Sequence record: SRR22947725_3569
Length of the DNA: 39,173 bases
Strand: one strand, 5' to 3'
Positions 1 through 8,459 of this stretch are shown here, piece by piece. Position numbers and translations under genes: made by a program. A model generated the notes under the pieces. The model had not been told where the DNA came from. It was given only the letters and a program-made list of their open reading frames with translations, and searched no databases. Numbering within the stretch: the stretch's first letter is position 1; each line of letters starts with the position of its first letter.

Positions 1-1
1 T

Positions 2-430
2 AAATTTTCTATAGGTATTTTATTAGTTATTTATGCTGTATTAATGCTTAAGATTAGCTCTTTTTCAATCAATGTAAATAATAAGTCAATTAATAATCTT
101 GTTGGCTTTATAAGTGGAGTTATTGGTGGTTTAACAGCATTGCTTGGAATTATTCCAGTCGCCTGGTTTAGCGTTCAAAGACTCCCAAAAAATACTAAAC
201 GGGGGACTTATGAACCATTTATATTTATTACAAGCATTGCTGCAATAATAAGTTTCGCGTTTGCGGGCCTATATAAAATTGAAATGATATTTGATCTTCT
301 CAAGATTATTCCTGCATTATTAGTTGGCTCTTGGCTTGGAATCAAAATTTACAATAAAATTAATGATAATTTATTTAGAAAAGTAGTTTTAGGCTTAATA
401 TTGCTATCAGGTTTGTTTTTAGTAATTTAA
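2..430 (+). CDS. TauE/SafE (TSUP) family membrane permease, 5'-truncated by window edge
   Basis: Frame is open from position 2 (KFSIGILLVIYAVLML...) so the ATG at 44 is internal; hydrophobic helices, GFISGVIGGLT and C-terminal GSWLGIKIYNKINDNLFRKVVLGLILLSG typical of the second TSUP repeat. Confidence 0.75.
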   Translation, partial: KFSIGILLVIYAVLMLKISSFSINVNNKSINNLVGFISGVIGGLTALLGIIPVAWFSVQRLPKNTKRGTYEPFIFITSIAAIISFAFAGLYKIEMIFDLLKIIPALLVGSWLGIKIYNKINDNLFRKVVLGLILLSGLFLVI

Positions 431-516
431 TAAATCACCCTTTTAACAACTTAAAAGTTTAGCTTTTTTAATCAAATAGTATTTCAATCACTCATGAATT
501 AAGTTAAACTTGATTT

Positions 517-539
517 AATCCACTTTTTTTCAGTGGATT
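517..539. promoter_or_regulatory. 8-bp inverted repeat upstream of the ABC binding-protein gene (5'-UTR hairpin, operator or terminator)
   Basis: AATCCACT-ttttttc-AGTGGATT followed by TATTTTT; candidate TTTCAA(482-487)-17 bp-TAAACT(505-510) promoter just upstream; AAGGAG RBS downstream. Confidence 0.4.
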
Positions 540-563
540 TATTTTTAAAATTAAGGAGAGAAA

Positions 564-1580
564 ATGAAACTAATAAATAAATTATTAGCTGTAACAGCTA
601 TTTCTGTTGCTCTAGTGCCAGGAGTTGTGAGCGCTGACTGTGGAAAAGCAAGACTAGCTGATTTTGACTGGAGTAGTGCCAACATTCATACGGCAATTGC
701 TGGCTTTATCTTAGAGCACGGCTATGGTTGCGATGTTTCTATAACAAAAGGAAGTACAACACCTATTATGGCTGCACACTATGATGGACAGCTTGATGTT
801 GTGACTGAGCTTTGGTATGACAACATTAAAGATACTTATGATAGTCACGAAGCAGCAGGAACAGTAAGAAACCTAGGAATTAATACTCCTGACTCTCAGC
901 AAGCATTCTATGTTGATAGAGCGACTGCTGACAAGTACAACCTTACAAATGTTTTAGATATGAATAACCCTGAAGTTGCTGCGTTATTCAGTGATCCAGA
1001 AAACCCTTCAATGGGAAGAATGACAAGTTGTATTGGTGGCTGGACTTGCTACACGATTAACCTTGTTAAACAAAAAGCTTACGGATTAGATAAATACTAC
1101 ACTAACTTTGATCCAGGTTCAGGTGGTGCACTTGATGCAGCAATCGCAGGTGCGTTTGCTAAAAAGCAGCCAATCTTTACTTACTATTGGGCGCCAACAG
1201 GTCTGATGGGCAAAGTTGATTTAGTAAGACTAGCTGAGCCACCATTTAACGCCGAGTGCTGGGCATCAATGCAAGTTGTTGTTGAAGACATCAAGGCTAA
1301 TGGAACAGATGCATGGAAGCCGACTTGTGGAGTGGAGTACAGAGACATGTCATTAGACAAGTCAGTTCTTGCTGCATGGGCTGATTCTCATCCTGATGAG
1401 ACTGCATTCATCGAAGCATATAGCATACCAACTGCACAAGTTAATAGACTGCTTGCATTCTATGAAGACGAGTCAGATGGTGATATGGAGCTAACTGCAA
1501 TGGAGTACTTAGCGAACGATGACACATGGAAAGCTTGGGTACCAGCAGACGTAGCTGCTAAAGTATCTGCAGCTCTATAA
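564..1580 (+). CDS. proX: Glycine betaine/proline/choline-family ABC transporter periplasmic binding protein (ProX/HisX-like)
   Basis: Signal peptide, DWSSA..H..IA.FILEHGYGC, ELW, YYWAP motifs of OpuAC/ProX-family proteins; strong AAGGAG RBS; followed by permease and ATPase. Ligand not determinable from sequence. Confidence 0.85.
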   Translation: MKLINKLLAVTAISVALVPGVVSADCGKARLADFDWSSANIHTAIAGFILEHGYGCDVSITKGSTTPIMAAHYDGQLDVVTELWYDNIKDTYDSHEAAGTVRNLGINTPDSQQAFYVDRATADKYNLTNVLDMNNPEVAALFSDPENPSMGRMTSCIGGWTCYTINLVKQKAYGLDKYYTNFDPGSGGALDAAIAGAFAKKQPIFTYYWAPTGLMGKVDLVRLAEPPFNAECWASMQVVVEDIKANGTDAWKPTCGVEYRDMSLDKSVLAAWADSHPDETAFIEAYSIPTAQVNRLLAFYEDESDGDMELTAMEYLANDDTWKAWVPADVAAKVSAAL

Positions 1581-1594
1581 GTTAGATAAAATCT

Positions 1595-1625
1595 AAAAAA
1601 GAGCCCACTTGTGGGCTCTTTTTTT
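1595..1625 (+). terminator. Intrinsic terminator-like hairpin between binding protein and permease genes
   Basis: AAAAAA-GAGCCCA-cttg-TGGGCTC-TTTTTTT, 14 nt after the proX stop. Confidence 0.85.
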
Positions 1626-1641
1626 AAATAGAATAAGCATC

Positions 1642-2643
1642 ATGATAAGAAAATTTCTCACTTACTTTACTTTCCCCATAATCTTTGTTTGGCTTTTAGT
1701 TGTAAGCTACAACTCATCTAAAAGGAAGCCCGACAGCGTAATGGAGCTCTTAACTGATCCCAGTTGGCTTTATGATTGGCCAAAATGGCTAGATATTCCA
1801 TTAATGAAATGGATTAATGATGGCTTCAAGGTCTTCAACGAAAAGTATGGAATTTACTTTGAAGTAATCAATGACTTTCTTCTTGGTGCGATTCTATCAC
1901 TCAAAAAATTCTTAATTGTTTTGCCTTGGCCAGTGGTCATCGCACTCGTTGTTGCAATTGTGTTCTTTTCTAGTGGAAGAAAAGTTGGAACAACCGTTTT
2001 CGTAGGAATCTGTACATTTTTTATAGGCTTCCTTCATCCCAAGTTTTGGGATAAAGCCATAGAAACAACCTCAATCATGATTATTGGAATTCTCATATGT
2101 ATTGTTATTGGTATTCCTCTAGGTATTGCAATGGCAAGAAACAACAAACTTCGTAATGCAATACTACCCGTTCTAGATTTAATGCAAACCATTCCTAGCT
2201 TTTGTTACCTCATTCCTGGCATTATGCTTTTTGGATTAGGTGCAGTTCCAGCAATTATTGCAACCGTTATTTATGCTGTACCACCTCTAGTTCGCTTAAC
2301 TGACCTAGGGATTACCTTAGTTGACACGGAAGTCATTGAGGCTGCTGAAGCCTTTGGTGCAAGCAAAAGACAGAAACTACTGGGCGTCCAGCTACCACTT
2401 GCCCTTCCAAATATTATGCAGGGCATTAATCAGTGCACGATGATGGCATTAGCCATGGTTGTAATTGCATCCATGATTGGAACGAGGGGACTTGGTGACG
2501 AAGTTCTTCTTGGACTCCAACAGTTAAACGTTGGTAAAGCAACTGAAGCCGGACTTGCAATTGTTCTCCTAGCGATCGTGCTAGATAGAATTACCCAGGC
2601 TTATGGTAAAAAAATTCAAGACAGAAACCAACCACCAAAATAG
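1642..2643 (+). CDS. proW: Betaine/proline ABC transporter permease (ProW-like)
   Basis: PVLDLMQTIPSFCYLIP, EAA loop (EAAEAFGASKRQKL), VVIASMIG. Start moved to ATG 1642 because the TTG at 1609 lies inside the hairpin. Confidence 0.9.
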   Translation: MIRKFLTYFTFPIIFVWLLVVSYNSSKRKPDSVMELLTDPSWLYDWPKWLDIPLMKWINDGFKVFNEKYGIYFEVINDFLLGAILSLKKFLIVLPWPVVIALVVAIVFFSSGRKVGTTVFVGICTFFIGFLHPKFWDKAIETTSIMIIGILICIVIGIPLGIAMARNNKLRNAILPVLDLMQTIPSFCYLIPGIMLFGLGAVPAIIATVIYAVPPLVRLTDLGITLVDTEVIEAAEAFGASKRQKLLGVQLPLALPNIMQGINQCTMMALAMVVIASMIGTRGLGDEVLLGLQQLNVGKATEAGLAIVLLAIVLDRITQAYGKKIQDRNQPPK

Positions 2644-2652
2644 ACCCCTATT

Positions 2653-3687
2653 ATGTCAAAAATCGAAATAAATAATATTTATAAAATATTTGGTCCTAAC
2701 CCTCAGCAAGTAATGCCAATGGTTAAAGATGGCGCCTCTAAAGAGCAAGTGATGGAGGATACGGGTCATACTGTTGGCCTTGATAATGTCTCTCTGTCTA
2801 TTGAGGAGGGTGAAATATTTGTATGCATGGGGCTTTCTGGCTCAGGAAAATCAACCCTCATTAGGCATATTAATAGGCTTATTGATCCTACCGCGGGTGA
2901 AGTTTTAGTCAATAATGTTGATGTATGCACTTTGGATGAAAAAGAAATCCTGGAGTTCAGAAAAAAAACCATGAGTATGGTTTTTCAGCGCTTTGGGCTT
3001 TTCCCTCACAAAACCATTATTGAGAATGTGGCCTATGGCCTCGAGATTCAAGAGGTGCCAGAGGACCAGAGACGCGAAATTGCACAAGGTCAAATCAGTG
3101 CTGTTGGACTTGATGGATTTGAACATCAATATCCTGCGCAACTCTCCGGAGGCATGCAGCAGAGGGTGGGACTTGCAAGAGCCCTTGCAACTGACCCAGA
3201 AATTCTTTTAATGGATGAGGCTTTTAGTGCATTAGACCCTCTCATCAGAAGCGAAATGCAAAACCAATTGGTTGACCTTCAAGCTAAACTCAAAAAAACA
3301 ATTGTATTCATCACTCATGATCTGGACGAATCCCTGAAGCTGGGTGATCACATTGGAATACTGAACGGTGGAAGGCTAGTTCAGGTGGGCAGGCCAGAGG
3401 ACATTATCTTAAATCCTGCAGACGACTATGTGAAAGCATTCGTCAAAGATGTCAATCGCTCAAAAGTTCTCAGAGCTAAAACAATCATGACAAAGCTTGA
3501 TAAATTTGACAAATCCTCAACAAAACCATCTTCAACTTACAAATATGATGAGGATACTTTTATTGAAGATCTAGTCCCTAAGGTATTAAAGGACAGGTCA
3601 ACAATCGAGGTCGTTGATAAAAAAGGAACAACGAAAGGCTATATCACCTCAGATGAGCTCTCTATAGCACTCACAAAAACACATTAG
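2653..3687 (+). CDS. proV: Betaine/proline ABC transporter ATP-binding subunit (ProV-like)
   Basis: Walker A GLSGSGKST, LSGGMQQRVGLARAL, LLMDEAFSALDPLIR, FITHDLDE. Confidence 0.92.
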   Translation: MSKIEINNIYKIFGPNPQQVMPMVKDGASKEQVMEDTGHTVGLDNVSLSIEEGEIFVCMGLSGSGKSTLIRHINRLIDPTAGEVLVNNVDVCTLDEKEILEFRKKTMSMVFQRFGLFPHKTIIENVAYGLEIQEVPEDQRREIAQGQISAVGLDGFEHQYPAQLSGGMQQRVGLARALATDPEILLMDEAFSALDPLIRSEMQNQLVDLQAKLKKTIVFITHDLDESLKLGDHIGILNGGRLVQVGRPEDIILNPADDYVKAFVKDVNRSKVLRAKTIMTKLDKFDKSSTKPSSTYKYDEDTFIEDLVPKVLKDRSTIEVVDKKGTTKGYITSDELSIALTKTH

Positions 3688-3698
3688 ACTGTGGCGCT

Positions 3699-4466
3699 GT
3701 GAGCAAAAATGTAGTTATATCAGCAGCGGCAGATGGGATTGGCTGGTGCATTGCGAACACATTGCTAGAGAAAGGATATACGGTCTATGCCTCTGACATC
3801 AATCAAAAGAAAATTGACGAGCTCAACAAGCACCCACTCATCAATAAAAGATTATTCATAGAACATATCAATGCGAGTGACCCTGAATCAGTTGCCCAAT
3901 ACTTTGAATCTCTTTCCAATAAAGTATCAAGTATTAGTGCTTTGATTAATAATGTTGGTATTGCTGGGCCAACTGGAATGATGGAAGATGTCTCAGTTGA
4001 TGACTGGAAAAACACAATCGATACCAATTTAAATAGTCATTTCTATTTTACAAAAGATGCAATCCCTCTCCTAAAGAGGAGTGGCGGCTCAATTGTCAAC
4101 CTGTCTTCTACAGCAGGAATTTTTGGATTCCCTTTAAGGACCCCTTATGCGGCCTCTAAGTGGGCCATTATTGGAGTGACAAAATCCTTGGCCATGGAGC
4201 TTGGCGAGTTCAACATAAGAGTCAATGCGATTTGCCCTGGATCAGTTTCAGGGGATCGAATTGACCGAGTCATAAAAGCAAAGTCAGAATCTCTCAGCGT
4301 TGATGAAAAGGAGCTCAGAGAGGATTTTGAGAGTATGGTCTCACTTAAAACATTCGTTGACAAGGAGGATATTGCCAATATGGTTGTCTTTCTTCTGTCC
4401 GAAGAAGCCAAGAGAGTTTCAGGTCAAATATTGACGGTGGATGGAAATACAGAGAGGATGGACTAA
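3699..4466 (+). CDS. Classical short-chain dehydrogenase/reductase, probably NAD-dependent
   Basis: Variant Gly motif ISAAADGIG, NNVG, catalytic S (NLSS) and YAASK, VNAICPG; Asp after beta-2 (ASDIN); GTG start 11 bp after proV. Confidence 0.85.
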   Translation: MSKNVVISAAADGIGWCIANTLLEKGYTVYASDINQKKIDELNKHPLINKRLFIEHINASDPESVAQYFESLSNKVSSISALINNVGIAGPTGMMEDVSVDDWKNTIDTNLNSHFYFTKDAIPLLKRSGGSIVNLSSTAGIFGFPLRTPYAASKWAIIGVTKSLAMELGEFNIRVNAICPGSVSGDRIDRVIKAKSESLSVDEKELREDFESMVSLKTFVDKEDIANMVVFLLSEEAKRVSGQILTVDGNTERMD

Positions 4467-4495
4467 ATAAAATTTAGCCCAACAACTCTCAAGTG

Positions 4496-5134
4496 TTAAT
4501 GGAGTCCCGCGATATACTGAGACAATGCGTCAATCTCTTCGTTTGTTAAGCCCATCGCAACATTGTTCATCATCGCATTGACTCTTTCAACGCCCTCAGA
4601 ACCAGTCTGCTCGTTAATAGAATACTGACGGAAAGCCTTTAGCTGAGAGGATGTATAGTCTGCATGCTGAGCCGCTACAGCCGGGAAACCAGCTGTTGGA
4701 ATTCCTTTTCCTTTGGCTCCATGGCAAGCGATACATGCTGTCGTTTGAGTGTCCATCTTGCCACCCACATAAATTTTTCTACCAAGCTCAATCATTTCCT
4801 CTGAGCCCTTAGCAGAATTTTCGCTAATCGTTTGGATTGAGTAGTAGGCTGCAATATCTTCCATGTCTTGATCAGAAAGCATTGAAGCGACACCCGCCAT
4901 CATTGCATTCTCTCTTTCACCTGACTTGAAATATTGTAGCTGCTTTAAAATATAAGCTTCACCCTGGCCAGCTAATTTAGGAAAGTTTGGAATCGTACTG
5001 TTTCCTGCAAGGCCATGACAACCCATACAAGTAGCAGTTTTTGCTTGGCCTGCTTCAGCATCTCCTGCCGCTATGATCGGGTTACTCAAAGAGGTGATAA
5101 GTAAAGAAGCTAAAATAATAATGATTTTTTTCAT
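4496..5134 (-). CDS. Di-heme cytochrome c4
   Basis: Signal peptide MKKIIIIL..., two CxxCH motifs (CMGCH, CIACH), P.LAGQ and Met ligands; GGAG RBS favours ATG at 5134. Confidence 0.92.
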   Translation of the reverse strand: MKKIIIILASLLITSLSNPIIAAGDAEAGQAKTATCMGCHGLAGNSTIPNFPKLAGQGEAYILKQLQYFKSGERENAMMAGVASMLSDQDMEDIAAYYSIQTISENSAKGSEEMIELGRKIYVGGKMDTQTTACIACHGAKGKGIPTAGFPAVAAQHADYTSSQLKAFRQYSINEQTGSEGVERVNAMMNNVAMGLTNEEIDALSQYIAGLH

Positions 5135-5222
5135 TCTCAATCTCCAAAAAATTCAGTGAAATTATACGTTATAAGTTGAGGATAAGAAACCCTCTAATGA
5201 TGCAAAATTTAAAAGAAAAGAT

Positions 5223-5534
5223 TTATTTTTGAGGGTCTTGAATTGAGAGGTATTCTGCTATCGATCTCTCAAAGCCTTCAGCCATTGGAGCCATCGCATT
5301 CATGTACGCATTTTGTCTTTCGCCAGATTGAAAATACTCAAGCTGTTGAACAATCCAATCAACATCTTTGCCTGCTAGAGAAGGGATAGAGTCGTCACTA
5401 GAGCGGCCATTTGCACCATGGCAACTGGCACATCCCAATGCACTATACATTGCCTCTCCTTCACTATTAGCGATTGAGCTCAAAGAGAAAGTAGCAAAAA
5501 TAAAAGTGATTAATATATATAAAATCTTCTTCAT
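5223..5534 (-). CDS. Mono-heme class I cytochrome c (c553/c554, half-c4-like)
   Basis: Signal peptide, CASCH, PSLAG, QL.YFQSGERQNAYM. Confidence 0.88.
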   Translation of the reverse strand: MKKILYILITFIFATFSLSSIANSEGEAMYSALGCASCHGANGRSSDDSIPSLAGKDVDWIVQQLEYFQSGERQNAYMNAMAPMAEGFERSIAEYLSIQDPQK

Positions 5535-5567
5535 TTAATAAACACCCTATCAAAAACAGACCAATTG

Positions 5568-5576
5568 ATTATACCA
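5568..5576 (-). promoter_or_regulatory. Extended -10 promoter element (TGnTATAAT) for the cytochrome c genes
   Basis: Minus strand reads TGGTATAAT, 33 nt upstream of the ATG at 5534, in the 54-bp gap after the hydratase stop. Confidence 0.6.
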
Positions 5577-5588
5577 ATTTCTAATTTG

Positions 5589-6374
5589 TTATTTTCCTTT
5601 CCATTTTGGGGAGCGTTTTTCTGAAAAAGCGAGAGTCCCCTCTTTGGCATCTTCTGAACGAAGCATCTTCTGGTAAGCTTCAATCTCTCCAGATCGCATA
5701 CATTCATATGCACTTTCTAAATCCATAGTCTCTGTCTTTCGAATAACTGACTTTATTGCAGCCAATGAAAGTGGGGCAGACTGAGCAATCTGATGAGCCC
5801 AATCAAGTGCCTCATTTATTAAATGCTCCGGGTCGCAACTTTGATTAACAAGACCAAAATGTTTGGCTTCATCAACATTCATTCTTCGCCCTGTCATTAA
5901 CATGTCCATAGCCACCGCCCTTGGAAGTCTGCGAGGTAGCCTTAAGACGCCGCCACTATCTGGAATGATCCCCAAGGTAGCCTCAGGAACAAAAAACTCT
6001 GCATGACTGGATGCAATAATCAGGTCTGCTGCAAGCGCTAACTCAAAGCCACCGCCAACCGCCAGTCCATTGACAGCGGCAATGACTGGCTTATCTAAAT
6101 CCCATAGTTCAGTAAGTCCTGCAAAGCCTCCAGGCCCAAAATCTGCATCAACGGCCTCTCCCTCTGATGCCGCTTTTAAGTCCCAACCTCCACAAAAAAA
6201 ACGATCTCCAGCGCCAGTAATGATAGCAACTCGTAGGTTGTCATCAGACCTAAAACGAATGAAAACCTCCCCAAGCATATGGCTCGTTTCGGCGTCAATC
6301 GCATTCGCTTTTGGACGGTCCAAAGTGATGAGCATCACTTCATCATACAACTCAAAATTTACAGCATTATTCAT
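5589..6374 (-). CDS. caiD: Carnitinyl-/crotonobetainyl-CoA hydratase (CaiD-like crotonase)
   Basis: TLDRPKANAIDAETS, FFCGGWDLKAA, DADFGPGGFAGLTE, GIIPDSGGVLRLP..LP are characteristic of the CaiD subfamily. Confidence 0.85.
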   Translation of the reverse strand: MNNAVNFELYDEVMLITLDRPKANAIDAETSHMLGEVFIRFRSDDNLRVAIITGAGDRFFCGGWDLKAASEGEAVDADFGPGGFAGLTELWDLDKPVIAAVNGLAVGGGFELALAADLIIASSHAEFFVPEATLGIIPDSGGVLRLPRRLPRAVAMDMLMTGRRMNVDEAKHFGLVNQSCDPEHLINEALDWAHQIAQSAPLSLAAIKSVIRKTETMDLESAYECMRSGEIEAYQKMLRSEDAKEGTLAFSEKRSPKWKGK

Positions 6375-6395
6375 AATTCTCTCAATATAAAGTTC

Positions 6396-8453
6396 CTAGT
6401 CTGAATTTAACCTGATAAGTACATCCGCTGCAACAGCACCTTTTTTTTCTTCCAAAACAATCAGTGGATTAATGTCCAACTCTAAAACATCATTTTTTTG
6501 AATTAACGCAATGATTGAGATAACCGCATCGACAACCGATTCTATGTCCCCCTTTGGACTCCCTCTGTAACCCTCAAGTAAGGCGTACACTTTGAGTTTT
6601 GAGAGTGCCAATAGAACATCATCCCTTGATGCAGGTAATAGTAATACTGAGCTATCTTTTAGTATTTCAACAAAAATACCGCCACCGCCAATAATGACGT
6701 ACTTTCCAAATGTAGGGTCATAGTCAACACCAATGATTAGTTCGCACACAGAATCTGTAATCATTCTTTCAATTAATAAAGAAGAGCCCATTTTGAATAA
6801 ATCATGGCAAGCTTTCTCCAGCATTCCAGAGTCTTGAATATTTAGCCTGACAGCTCCAAGCTCAGTCTTATGAGACACGTCAGTATCAGAAATTTTAAGT
6901 GTAACTGGATAGGTGATTTCTTCAGCAGCCTTTAAAGCCTCAGATACATTAGTTATGATCCCTCCCTTAGGAATTGAAACACCATAATCCTGAATCAGTT
7001 GCTTACCCTCATATTCAGTTAGTTGCTTAGTGTTTTTATTTTCTATTTGAGTTTGAAGTATGTTTATTTCTGGGACTTCATTTTTCTTAAAAGCGCAGCC
7101 AATTTTGTAAGAATGATTGAGCGCCTCAAGACAAGTATCTAAGCCAACCATTGGTGTAATTCCAAAGTTTAGGCATTCTTCTATAATTCGTTTCGGCATG
7201 CAGTCTGCCATCGATGCAAGCACAATTACTTTTTCACTTGTTCCAGTGATTGCATCAGAGAGAGCCAAAAGCGTTGTGTCCCAATCTTTCTGTTCAGATT
7301 CTGGCGTTTTTGGCCAATCTAAAAGCAACATAGTGGCAGCAAAACTTCCATTCATCATTTGTTTAAAACACTCTGATGTTTTTTTTCGATCACCCCAAAC
7401 AAATGTATGATAATCCAGTGGGTTATCTACCTCAACATATTCATTCAGTGTTTGTTTGACTTTATTTTTGTGAGAATCAGTGAGGCTTGGAAATGTAATC
7501 TCCATGCCATCAATTAGATCGGCCATCATCCCCGCCTCACCCCCTGAGCAGCTCATCGAGGCAACTCCATGATGGTCAATCACTCCTAAAACACTGAGCA
7601 GCTTCAGAGTTTCAAGAAACTCAGGAACTGAATTGACTCGGGCGATACCGAGTCTTTCAAAAAAGAAACTAAACAATTCATCTGACCCTGTCAATGAGCT
7701 TGTATGACTGAGCGCAATCTTTGCAGAAGCTAAAGTTTTTCCTGATTTAATTGCAATGATTGGCACCTTCATTTTAATTGCTCTTCTGGCAGCATTATCA
7801 AATGATGCTATATCATTAATGCCCTCAATATGAAGCCCAATGGCATTAACTCTTGAGTCATCTAACATTGCATGAATAATATCTGCAATATTTGTGTTTG
7901 ATTGATTACCTAGCGTAAACATGTAGGCGATTGGAAGTCCAGAAGACTGCATAGTCATATTTAGGCCAATATTGCCGCTTTGAGTAATAATTGCAACACC
8001 CTCTTTGACAGGTTCACATCCATGAACATCAGGCCAAAGTGCAAATCTATCCAAGCTATTAATGAATCCGTAACAGTTTGGGCCAATGAGCGGCATTCCA
8101 TCTGCCGCCTCGACTAATCTCTGATTTCGTTTAACGCCCTCATCACCAACCTCTGCAAATCCAGAGGCATATAAAACCGCTCCACCGCCGCCCATTGACT
8201 TGAGATCAGAAACGATTTCGATAGCTGACTCTGCATTAACAGCGATAAACGTTGCATCAGGAGCCTCTGGCAAATCTTTAATGTCACGATAACATTGAAT
8301 ACCTTCAAGACTATCCAATGTTGGATGTACAGACCATATTTGATGATTAAAACCTAACTTCTTAGACTCTTTAATAGCAAAATCAGCACCTCGATTTCCA
8401 ACTACAGCAATTGATTTTGGAGATATTAATCGATGCAAGTCACTTCTGCTCAT
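6396..8453 (-). CDS. ADP-forming acyl-CoA synthetase (acetate-CoA ligase family, fused CoA-binding/ligase/ATP-grasp); candidate gamma-butyrobetaine-CoA ligase
   Basis: PKSIAVVG, GPNCYG, phospho-His segment SHTSSLTG, SCSGGEAG, NPLDY, C-terminal ATP-grasp (EYEGKQL, HKTELGAV, ELDINPL); substrate from context only. Confidence 0.8.
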   Translation of the reverse strand: MSRSDLHRLISPKSIAVVGNRGADFAIKESKKLGFNHQIWSVHPTLDSLEGIQCYRDIKDLPEAPDATFIAVNAESAIEIVSDLKSMGGGGAVLYASGFAEVGDEGVKRNQRLVEAADGMPLIGPNCYGFINSLDRFALWPDVHGCEPVKEGVAIITQSGNIGLNMTMQSSGLPIAYMFTLGNQSNTNIADIIHAMLDDSRVNAIGLHIEGINDIASFDNAARRAIKMKVPIIAIKSGKTLASAKIALSHTSSLTGSDELFSFFFERLGIARVNSVPEFLETLKLLSVLGVIDHHGVASMSCSGGEAGMMADLIDGMEITFPSLTDSHKNKVKQTLNEYVEVDNPLDYHTFVWGDRKKTSECFKQMMNGSFAATMLLLDWPKTPESEQKDWDTTLLALSDAITGTSEKVIVLASMADCMPKRIIEECLNFGITPMVGLDTCLEALNHSYKIGCAFKKNEVPEINILQTQIENKNTKQLTEYEGKQLIQDYGVSIPKGGIITNVSEALKAAEEITYPVTLKISDTDVSHKTELGAVRLNIQDSGMLEKACHDLFKMGSSLLIERMITDSVCELIIGVDYDPTFGKYVIIGGGGIFVEILKDSSVLLLPASRDDVLLALSKLKVYALLEGYRGSPKGDIESVVDAVISIIALIQKNDVLELDINPLIVLEEKKGAVAADVLIRLNSD

Positions 8454-8459
8454 AACAAA

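Noticed and set aside
1609-1641. ORF-track N-terminal extension of the permease (TTG start)
   Set aside because: Start lies in the hairpin loop; ATG at 1642 is more plausible
5531-5713. 60-aa minus-strand ORF bridging caiD and cytochrome c
   Set aside because: Alternate frame of caiD, crosses a promoter-like element, no recognisable features
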